Position numbers and translations under genes: made by a program. A stretch of 64,000 bases of DNA from Nemertoderma westbladi. Lineage: Eukaryota > Animalia > Xenacoelomorpha. The notes beneath the pieces are model-generated. The model made no database searches. It was given only the letters and a program-made list of their open reading frames with translations, and had not been told where the DNA came from. The stretch is taken from contig JAUCBJ010008062.1 of assembly GCA_032718475.1 (NCBI GenBank), positions 1 to 64,000 of the forward strand. Reading direction: 5' to 3'. Positions 52,294-62,609 of this stretch are shown one piece after another (the stretch's first letter is position 1; the number at the start of each line of letters is the position of its first letter).

Positions 52294-52624
52294 TTACGGT
52301 GAATGCCCTAAAATCGGCTTGCAGCGGACTGAATGTTTTCGATAAGTCAGGTCAGTCTGTTATGTCTGCCCGTTCCTGTGAATGTCTGACCGGACGTCTG
52401 GCTGTTCTGTTGGTCTGTCCGGAATCCGATCCCATAGTTTTGTCGGGCGTCAGTCATGGTAACTTCTGGAAGCCGGTGTATACTCTAGTACGTAGGGATG
52501 AACATAGCGTGAAGGGAGTTTGGGAAGTTTTAGTTTTATGAGCATTTATTTGTAAAATAAGTTGAACAATTGAAGCTCTAAAATAAATAAGATTCAATAC
52601 TAAAAAAAAATGACACTTATTAGC

Positions 52625-52950
52625 CTATAACGTATGAGAGAAAGAGTCTTTCAACTGTCTGAGTTTCTTCTGAGCCCACACGGCCTGAATCTCGATATCC
52701 TCCTGTGAGTTCGGATTAGCTCCGATGTAGTCGCCTAGCAACCGAAGTAAACGCGGATCCCGCGTCCTTAGGAACGGGTTGTATAGAAGCTCGTCTCCGA
52801 GCCGGGATGGTACCGTCGATATCCGGTCGGCGCGCTGTGCGACGACCCGACTCAGTTTACTCGTGGCCAACTCGTTGTCGGGATCCACATGGACGACGAA
52901 CTTTAAGTTATTCAGGGAATATTCGTGTCCCGGGAATATCAGACTGTTAT
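52625..52950 (-). CDS. PNKD: PNKD/HAGH-like hydrolase, exon 2
   Basis: CTCACAG| acceptor; (D)NSLIFPGHEYSLNNLKF...TVPSRLGDELLYNPFLRT glyoxalase-II C-terminal motifs. Confidence 0.88.
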
Positions 52951-53279
52951 CTGTGAGGAGGATAGCGTCATAGAGACATCCACCTAGCAACCAAAACCGT
53001 GGAAGTTTACGGTTGTAAATTGGTTTTAAGTAAGGGGAATTAATTCACTACCATTTTATAAACAATAAAACAAATAGTTTTTCTACATTCTACAGATTTT
53101 AGGCAGATCACGAGAGAGACAACGCGTTTATCGTTTGAATGTCTACAGTGGAGGTACAGGCCAATTTTAGATCCAACCTGGGTAAATCCACAATGTTAAT
53201 TATAAGTATAAGGAAAATAGCAGGTTATAGAAGCATCTAATTCGCTAACCAAAAACAAGAAATGTCAGTCAATCTTGCA

Positions 53280-53457
53280 ACATGTGTTAACTTTCGTTTA
53301 TTGTTTTTGTTTCCCCCAACACGCTTCTGTAACCTGATCCTTTACTAACCTGCTCCTTTAAATGGCAATGGGACCCAACGCTCTTTGTGATCTGTACAAA
53401 ACAGGTTACAGAGGCGTGTTGTGGGATCCAAAACAATAAACGAAAGTTAACACATGT
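53280..53457. repeat. MITE-like hairpin in the PNKD intron built from the 68-bp-repeat motif
   Basis: ACATGTGTTAACTTTCGTTTATTGTTTT...CTGTAACCTG mirrored by CAGGTTACAG...AAAACAATAAACGAAAGTTAACACATGT. Confidence 0.8.
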
Positions 53458-53589
53458 ATTTTGTACAGGTACTGTATTTATTCTTTGGGTCTCTTTTTGT
53501 AGTCACCCATGATGGACATGTTTTTGGGTAACAAATATTGATTTTTTTAGTGGCTTATAGGCGAAAAAGTCTCTATGTGCGATATCCAC

Positions 53590-54250
53590 CCGGCTGTTTC
53601 ATAAGGCGATCCAATGAGGTCTGCAGAACCATAGCGGAACCCTCAAACATTCTACCGACAGACCCAACGAACAGAAGATCCCCAGTGAACAAATACGGTG
53701 CGTTGTCAGGCCCGGTATCGAGCTGGTAGACCATGTGACCGACGGTATGACCCGGGGTGAACAGACAGGTAAACGAGAGACAACTCCCTGGCACATTGTA
53801 CGTCTCTCCGTCAACTAGTTCCACGCTACAATCATACGGATGATCCACGGAGCTGCCAACGATATCCTTACAACTAAAATGTTTCGATAGGATTCTATTC
53901 CCCGCGCAGTGGTCCCAGTGTTTGTGTGTGGACAATATGGCCCCGAGAACTGACCCCGTCGCACTAACTCCGGAGATTACAGGCTCGGCGTCACATGCGT
54001 CTATAACAGCGCAAACGTTAGTCGCTAGGTCCGTAACTATGTAACTGTAGTTGTCTGCGGAACAACAAACAGGCCGGATACTAACGCCGTTAATTGTCGT
54101 GTCTTCCACCTTCGAGTGGGGAAGTCCATTCAACGCCTTCGTTGCCTTCGAAATCCCCCGTGTGTGGTAATAGTAGCCCAATGACGTATTTGTATAAAGG
54201 TAATAACCCACACTAAACAACTTAGCTTTTAAACCGCTAAAACCGGACAT
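53590..54250 (-). CDS. PNKD: PNKD-like metallo-beta-lactamase (glyoxalase II family), exon 1
   Basis: ATG at 54250. PNKD-type YYLYTNTSLGYYY N-terminus, then DNYSY, THKHWDH, TPGHTVGH and LFTGDLLF...GRMFEG. A phase-1 donor (G|GTGGAT, weak) joins exon 2 in frame (~328 aa). Confidence 0.88.
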
Positions 54251-55668
54251 CTTGCTAAGATACTGCACTATACTAACGGCAGTAGGGTTGGGAATGATCA
54301 AGCCTTATCTACAGCGGTACCGGTAGGCGGTAGGTAAATTATTAGGTTATTAATAATTAAAGATTAAATAAAAAATAAACATGTCGTTAAATCGTTATTA
54401 CCGGTACCGGCGCATTGTAATGTATCGTATAAAGCCATCACAAGACATGGTTCGGTTGTACAACATTACTTGTACAATGTATACACTCAGCATTTCTTCC
54501 ACTTTGGGTCGATTAAATGGAGATCAGGGCATTCAAGGCTCTGATCCTGATCTCCATTTATGAGATGGGGGACTGGACGCAAATATCATCTTAGCTTAGC
54601 GGATTAATATCTCGCCTCAATGTTATTTATATTCTCCATTTAGGGAAAGGAGCAGTTTACAGTGGCACGTTATTCTAAACAAAACAATAAAAAAATCGCA
54701 GAACAGGTTACACGTTACAGTTCTATTTTTGGAGTAATCAACTGTTGCCCTATCTGATAAAATGAGGTCATTTAATTTAGTTAGTTACTGGTATCAAAGC
54801 ATATGGGATAGGATAGAACTACTGTAGCAGTAGCATCCACTGCCCGACATTCTGTGTCTGAAAGTTAATACCTTCCACCGTTTCCTTGATTTTCCTTGAG
54901 AATCCGTTTAAGCTTAAACTTTACAAGACAAATTTCTGCTTCATTAAATTAGGCAGCAGATTATTTTTGGCCGCAACTTTACGAGTTTTAATCGTAGGGA
55001 GCTGGTTTTGGGTTCATTCTCTGATTCTCTATCTGCAAATGATATTCTCCACATGAAGAATATCTTGGTGCGTTGACTTGGAGTGGAGACTGTGCCATAT
55101 TGGCCGTAATGGCCGATGGATGTGTTACAGTACATTGGGATGTAAAGGGTTGTCAGATGAGTGACAGGGGGCACCAAAAGGGATTGCTTTGGAATGTTCC
55201 TGGAAATTCGATTTATCTGCTGCTGAGTAGGCCTACCTACCTACTATACTTTATTTTGAATTGAGTCCATAAATCAATAAACATATGGAGGAGCTACAGT
55301 ATTTAGCCAATCAACTCACTGCAAGACGATACCACGCAGGGCTTTGAGTGTTGGGCTGGAGAAATACGGCAATATTGGATTCCCTTCAAATACCTGAATA
55401 CAGTGGTTGTGGTGGTAGGCTCTTGATTTAATTTATATTTCCATTTACCTTTCTGCCTTTCTTTATACAGTTATAAAAGATAAAGTTCGTTGTATTTCCG
55501 ATATTTGACAAGTAAACGGGTAACAACAATATAACACTGTGATTAGAAACAAATGTGTACTTTATTTTTATACTGTCAGACTGACACTGTCATTGTTTAA
55601 AATAAGAGTCTCTTCTGACCTTACTCTTAGTTTAATATCTCTCAATATTATTTTTGTTGTTTGGCGCT

Positions 55669-55951
55669 ATGACGAGTAGCTCAACTAATCGAACTGCAAC
55701 TGGACAGGAACTTGAGAGGGGAATAAGCGAAACTGTCAATGGGTATATTGACAAGGATAGTAGTAGCGGAGATGATAAGATCGATAATAATAATAGCGCC
55801 TCGGAAATCATGACGTTTGAAGTTTTACAGAAATCGTCTTTCGATAGGGAAATAAAAATGGAACACCACCTACATGAAGATGATGCGGTTGCGGTATCCA
55901 ACAAGCGGAAAAGAACAAACAACGAAGTAGACTCCAGTTATTTCTGTTCAG
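55669..55951 (+). CDS. Probable exon 1 of BEN-domain gene (acidic, NLS-like KRKR)
   Basis: ATG 55669 to TCAG|GTGTGT (phase 1), compatible with the acceptor at 58018; no homology support. Confidence 0.45.
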
Positions 55952-56027
55952 GTGTGTACTTCGTGTTTTATACCTTGTTGTACAGTTGTAGTGATGAGTC
56001 TACAGATAGCTGGATAGCATAATAATA

Positions 56028-57900
56028 ATTTATTACATGGGAAAAAACTTTTTTTCACTATTCTCGAGTTGTCTTATTTACCGAGCTCCAGCGAGGTAAT
56101 TTAAGGGTCGGAGAAAATATTGAAAAAAATGTTATACGTTTTTTTCCCATGTGAAGTGTACCAGACTTTCTGCTGTTATGTTTCACTTTACAGTTTACCC
56201 CCATGTGAAGAATATCAGGTTTTCACTGAAACCATAGGTTTTCCCTGAAAAGAAAACACATGTTTTCACTGCCGTTTTCACTGAAAACACATGTTTTCAC
56301 TGAAAACACATGTTTTCACTGAAAACACATGTTTTCACTGAAAACACATGTTTTCACTGAAAATACAGGTTTCAGAAGGGCTAATTCTAACCAAAACAAG
56401 GTTCAAAGTTCAAACCTTTTCTACATCGATGCTCTTTCAACACAGAAATTCCACCTAAAATATTTTATTTTACTGTTTTCGCCGGGAAAAAATTAAAATC
56501 AATGCAATCCTATGGGTTACTTTTTTGAATTTCCATAGGGAAAACTTTTCTCTCGATTAGAAAAACTTGTAAAAAATATTACTAGCGCGTTATCACTGTC
56601 GGACCCGATCGGACCCACGTCCGGATCCTCAGTTTCAGTTAGGTAGGCCTACCTAACTACTTGCTTCCATTCTGTAGAATTGGCCTTAGCTATTCAAATA
56701 TAATTATTGTATAATAATATACTGTGTTACTGTTTACGTGTATCCGTAGCCATCCATCTAAGTAACTCTTCAATTTGTGAGCTATGCTGAAAAATTAGTG
56801 AAAAAAGACTTGATTGAGAGCAGAGGAAGAAGTACTGCTTTCGCTCACTATTGTTACTTTCTATATTTCTTTTAGTGATAGATAGTGGAAAATGTATCTC
56901 ATTCGACCGAGCGCAGGAGCTGTGTTATTACATTATTTACTGGGTTGGAGACCCGGCCACAGTTGCATTTTTTTGTATTTTTCACAGATAGTGGCGCACT
57001 TTAACCGCAAGCGAAAATAATGATCTTCAGCACAAATTGACCGCAAGTGAAATAATGTATAGTTTACTGTTTGGTTAGAAAACACCGCCACTGTAACCTG
57101 TTCCTTTCCCTTAATGTTTTTAATTAAATTAAACCAATTTGTAAAACCCACTAAAATTTATTTTGTGGTTGCGGTCATTTCGCGCCATTGACACATTTTT
57201 CATGATACAATAATGTATTAAATATATAAAAAACCGTGTATGAAAGAACTCCTTGTCACAAATTTCGGTTACAACCGAAATTCAGATATTCTGCTCTTGT
57301 GTACCGGTATTGAATGTTGCACTCGATACCATAAAACCTTCTAAAAACCTTGTCAATTCGTGCAAAGCTCAATACGCTCGGACAGAATAACTGAATTTCA
57401 GTATATTAAAATGAGTGACAGATAGTGCTTCTTGCCCATAATTTTTTCCTTATGGAAGAACGTTACTACTCTCTGGAATATTGGTGAAAAGCAAAAGAAG
57501 TTGAAGCCTTCTTTTATCAAATTGTTACTTTTTCGCCCTAATATACCCGAAAATCGGGTGAAAAATATATACTTTTTCCCAAGGGAAAAAGTGACCTTTA
57601 GCATTTCGTTAAAAATATTTATTTGATTTAGGTGAGGCTGATGGCTATACTTAGGTCATAAATGTTACAGAACACTGAATTATTATTTAACATTGAGTAA
57701 AGGTAGCAAGCATGAAGTGTACAGTAATAATTGGAATCGTAGTAACTGTGTAAGCAATAATATTACAGTTTAATTTATTTTGTAACATTATTTAGTTATA
57801 AATTCTTAAAGAAAATTGAAACGAAATAGTACGAATTTAAGAATAAAATTACGTATTTCATGGGAAAAAACGTAAGACATATATTTCCCATGTAATAAAT
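56028..57900. mobile_element. Unclassified (Crypton-like) insertion in the BEN-gene intron
   Basis: Exact 17-bp inverted ends ATTTATTACATGGGAAA / TTTCCCATGTAATAAAT; each end also folds locally (CATGGGAAA...TTTCCCATG). Internal 19-bp palindromic array GTTTTCACTGAAAACACAT at ~56255-56365. Confidence 0.5.
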
Positions 57901-58017
57901 AATTATTTTTTCTCAAATTTTCAGAGACAATAAGTGAAACAAGTTATAAGTGAGAAAAGGCGAATTTTTCAAATAAATTATACTCGGCTTTATTTTATTC
58001 AATTTTAATTTATTTAG

Positions 58018-58880
58018 ATGAGGAATGGGCCAGAGCCGGAATAGAGCCAACCCCGGTGAGATCCACTACAATCGTCAATGAACCTGTTGGGACTATGGCG
58101 TTCGCTGAAATTGAGCCAAGAGAAGATTTTATATCAACTTCAGCTGCGGAAGCGGCAACTGTGCCTTATTCACAACATCTACCATTGGGGAGGTTAGCCC
58201 AGAATTTAGCGCACCAATCTGTTTCTCCAAGTCCGTTACAAAGCGAGCCAGAGTTATCTCAACCTGCTGCACATACAGACAGCCCTGGGGATCCATCTGG
58301 TACCCTCGCGAATTCCAACATCCTCGTCCCAGCACAACTGATACAACAGACTAACGCAGTGCTGCATCAGGTGGCTATTTCATTGGATAAGTTGTCGCAG
58401 AATATAGGGACACAAAACGCGCTTCTGTCCGCCTTGTATCAGAATCAAGTCAGCCCATTTCTGGGTGGCTTGACATCTTCCACGACGAACCCCAATGAGA
58501 CGTCCAATGCACCGAGTGTCGATGTCAATGTCAGCCTCCCTCAGCTGGCCGATATAAACATAGAATCATACGGCGTTAAATATTCCACTCTTATAGCCCT
58601 TGACCTGGAACCCGAAGTCGAAACGAGGTCGAAATTCTTCATGAGATTGTTGCATCTCGTGTTCGATGCCACCGAAATATGCAACAATGCAACTATTGGG
58701 CAGTCGAAAACGAAAAATAGACTCGATATTCATAAAGTCAACTGGGCCAAAAAAGTTACATTTCACTTTCGAAAGTTAGCGGCTGGTGAAAGTATTGTTA
58801 AGGTTTGGGGGAAAGTTCAAAATATTGTGAACACAACGCTCTACGAATATTCCAGAAAGCCTCAGCCATTACAAGGTTAA
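58018..58880 (+). CDS. BEN-domain protein, last exon
   Basis: ATTTAG| acceptor, open to the stop at 58880. The C-terminal SKFFMRLLHLVFDATEICNNATIG...RLDIHKVNWAK...VWGKVQNIVNTTLYEYSRK has the BEN-domain pattern, preceded by a low-complexity linker and short coiled coil. Confidence 0.72.
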
Positions 58881-59304
58881 TTGCTTTTGTCGATTTAATT
58901 TACTTTTTTAGAACAATTACAATGACTCGTTTAAATATTGATTATCTATTTGTTGCTGATTTTATTGCATTTATAATAAATGATATCCACATGCATTTTT
59001 ACTAAACTAAAGCCAAAGGCACACGAAGTTTAACTTTCTAGTTTAAAATTATATGTCGTTCGCCTCTTGTTGAGGGATGCGATCAATTTGGACATCCACA
59101 ACCGGTAATAACTTCCTATCCCTAAGTCAGACGTAACAGACACCAATCACGCTCGACCATTAGATGCCCTCTGACCTACCTAAACAGTATCCCCCTGTGT
59201 GAAGGAAACACTTTGTGTATAAATAAAGTAGACATTTTATCAAGTGTGAACACGTATTTGATCCGGACCACCGGAAAAAAATTGAATTTTAAATACAACT
59301 ACTA

Positions 59305-59583
59305 TGTTCCACCTTGGTGTAGTGGTCGCATTGAATTCACATCTCCCATAGGTCGTGGGTTCGATCCTCACATGGGCCAGGGCAGTTTTCGTTTCGGCAC
59401 GAATGCTTTAAAGGGTCCAGCCAGGGCGCATCTCTGCCTTGCATCCTTTAGTGGTAGCTAAATGACTACTAGAGTTTCCTCTGGGGAGTGAAGTTCTGGG
59501 GGGACCGCAATGGAAATAAGTCGTCAGAGTTTGTGCGTAATCCCTGGCCTAGCGGCCGAAGAAAATTTACTTTACTTTACTTT
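59305..59583 (+). mobile_element. Full-length tRNA-derived SINE
   Basis: A box TGGTGTAGTGG, B box GGTTCGATCC, central CTCTGCCTTGCATCCTTTAGTGGTAGCTAAATGACTAC, LINE-like 3' stem-loop, (TTTAC)n tail. Confidence 0.8.
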
Positions 59584-59604
59584 TAATGATGTACTAAAGC
59601 TTAA

Positions 59605-62239
59605 CCCTGTTACCACTGGGGGGGGGGGGGGGGGGAATCGCCCCTTCCTAATTTTTAATTGCTGTAACTATGCAACCACATTACGTACCGGCCCAATTTT
59701 TATTGAGAATTAGCCAAATTTAATGCCGCATCTTTTGCAAAAAACGACGTTGCAATTGGATTTCTACTTTTCGATGTGGGTGCCACCTCAAATTGTGATC
59801 TCCAGCACCAAATTTTTTGAAATTTTCTAATTTTACAAAGTCATTCGTGATTTAGTAATTATTTATGTTTGGGCTATTATTATTTATTTTTGTTGGTTTG
59901 GATCACTCTAATGCAATATACAAGTATGTAAGTGTAGTGGTACGTCATTTTTGGGGCACCAAAATTAGGGCGTGGCACTTTAAAATTCAAAATTACTTTA
60001 TTCGGAAAATTTACTAAAGTTTTGATTTCGAAGCATGTTTGCGCTTTTAAAGACCTTTGACAGTTTAACCTGCCAAAATTAGAATGTCTTTTGGATGATA
60101 GATAGTCTTTAGCCTATGACGAGTATTTGATACACTACATTAGCCGAAGCCAGTCTATGCGCAATCATTCACCCGTTGGATATACCCGGGAGACTGAGTT
60201 CGGGGCTTAATGATTGATGGTGTAAGCCTACTGTATTATTCGACTGATCGTAATATATAATCTCTGACAAATATTATTCACTTTCGGGAAATATTAACAG
60301 TTCCTTTAGGACGTGGCGCTCTAAATATATAAACAGAGTTATGACTTAAACTAGTCACAACGAAAAGGCTATAGATTCACGTATATGGCACATTCTTTAG
60401 GAGATGTTTTGTTATCAGTTACACTCATACACAATGCTGCACAATACTGCACACTAATCTGCCGACCTTCACTAAATTTGGTCACGTATAAAGAGAGCAA
60501 CAGACAATTTATGTTGGGCATATGAAATAGCATTAGATTCACTTCAAACCACTCAACATAGGTCGCAATCGTTTATCTGTAACCGGTCTCTCTAACCTTT
60601 AGTATATCAAGAAGGTGGGGTGTCTGACTATTGATCAGTATTCCGATATAATATTTCATCAACCAATATAATGAATAACCGACAGTAAAAGCAGTAATAT
60701 TAATGTATAAATGATTATTAAGTGAATGAGTTAACTTGTGTAACTCGTGTGTAGTTAAGATAACAGATATACGCTCTATAATTGAGCCTACTAATGTAAG
60801 ACTAAAGACTGAAAACACGGAGGTGCCAAAAGCCGGTTCTTAGGCTCTGGGCAAAAACATAACACTGAACACTGATAAGAATAACCTTATTTACAAAGGC
60901 TTCCACCCACCACAGAGAATGAGCATAAAGATAGGAAATTCAGTTCAGTAGATCTGTGATAGGTCGAAATCAAAACCAACTCAAATCCTATTGGCAGATA
61001 CAGAAAGTTGCAACGTGGCAATATCAGCCGTTAGCCGTCGTCATGGTAGCGACACTGTTTTCAAGAGTATCGAGCTTTTTACGTCATGAAATTGCAGATT
61101 ATGTCCTCTAAAGTACAAATACAGAAGAAATGGCTTTTATGTCCTCCAAAACACCAGTACAGCAAGGACACGGCCTTTTTATGCCTGGTAAACCAACCAC
61201 AGAGTACTTTACGGGGATAATAACCGGCTAATTACGCAAAAGCTTTTACAAAGCATTTTTATTGGTTTTCTGGAGCGCTGAATCGATTGAAAGTAATATA
61301 GAAGCCTGAAGACTTAGTGGTTCGCCATTTTTGGTGCACCAAAATTAGGGCGTGGCACTTCAAATTTTGAAAAATACGAGATTCGGAAAATACACTAAAG
61401 TTTAGATTTCAAAGCATTTTTATAGGTTTTCTGGAGCGCTGAATCGATTGAAAGTAATATAGAAGCCTCAAATCCTTGGTGTACGTAATTTTCGGTGCAC
61501 CAAAATTAGGGCGTGGCACTTCAAATTTTCAAAATTACTTTATTCGGAAAAAACACTAAAGTTTTGATTTCAAAAAATGGCTAACCTCTAAGTCTTCAGG
61601 TGTCTATATTACTTTCAATCGATTCAGTGGTCTATAAAACCTATATAAATGCGTTAAAATTTCAATTTTGGTTTATTTTCCGAATCTCGTATTTTTCAAA
61701 ACTTGAAGTGCCACGCCCTACTTTTGGTGCACCAAAAATGGCAAACCACTAAGGCTTCTATATTACTTTCAATCGATTCAGCGGCCCAGAAAACCTATAA
61801 AGATGCGTTGAAATAAAAAATTAGGGGCATTTTCTGAATATCTTATTTTTCAAAATTTGAAGTGCCACGCCCACTTATTAGGTGCACGAAAAATAGCATC
61901 CACTTCAATTTTTGGAAATGGAATATAATCACATTCGATTCAGCGTCTTGAAAAACCTACTAAATCTAACCAACACTGACACACTATTAGTTTTTAGAAA
62001 ACGAAAAATTTTGTAATTTTGTCCTGGGACTACTTTTATTTTTCATCAAAATTATGATTCCCTGCTTATGAAATTTTAACTTTTTAAGGTTTGGTAGTGT
62101 TCATCTATAGTTGTTTCACAAACAGCCCAAATTTTGTAGGATTTCATTGGACGGTTGCAAAAATATAGTGGGTGGGCCGAATCGCCCCCCCCCCCCCCCC
62201 AGTGGTGCTAATGGTCAAAACACCCCAGTGGTAATAGGG
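59605..62239. mobile_element. Non-autonomous piggyBac-like element (2.6 kb)
   Basis: TTAA|CCCTGTTACCACTGGGG ... CCCCAGTGGTAATAGGG|TTAA (17-bp TIR, 1 mismatch). Internal ~160-bp repeats (GCACCAAAATTAGGGCGTGGCACTT) occur in both orientations. Confidence 0.85.
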
Positions 62240-62412
62240 TTAAAACATTGCAGTTCTCGATTCTATCATAATCATCGCTACGCTCGCTGTGATCATATTC
62301 TTATAAAGTTATACTGTATAGCGAAACCGATTGGCTCTTCTCTGTGTAAGTAGCATCAACCAAATTGACATAGTATTATGATTTAACTGGGGGTCAAATA
62401 TTTATTATATAT

Positions 62413-62452
62413 ACTAGAAAGCCAGTGGCCCTTCGGGCCACGGCTTTCTAGT
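62413..62452. mobile_element. Helitron/Helentron-type terminal hairpin
   Basis: ACTAGAAAGCC-A-GTGGCCC-TTC-GGGCCAC-GGCTTTCTAGT: a GC hairpin with CTAG on each side. Confidence 0.55.
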
Positions 62453-62609
62453 TCACAAGCCTATTCACCATTCCAAACATTAATTAATTAATTAACTTAA
62501 CAAAACTTCATATGATTGAGAGTGTTCTCTCAAACAAAAGGACTGATGCTGTTTTACTTTTCAGATATCTACACTGGTCAACGTCCTTCACATAGATGTA
62601 GCCTTATGA

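Noticed and set aside
57925-57949. Possible mini-exon in the BEN gene (TTTTCAG|...|GTGAG)
   Set aside because: Using the strong GTGAG donor gives a phase incompatible with the next exon; direct splicing 55951-58018 keeps frame.
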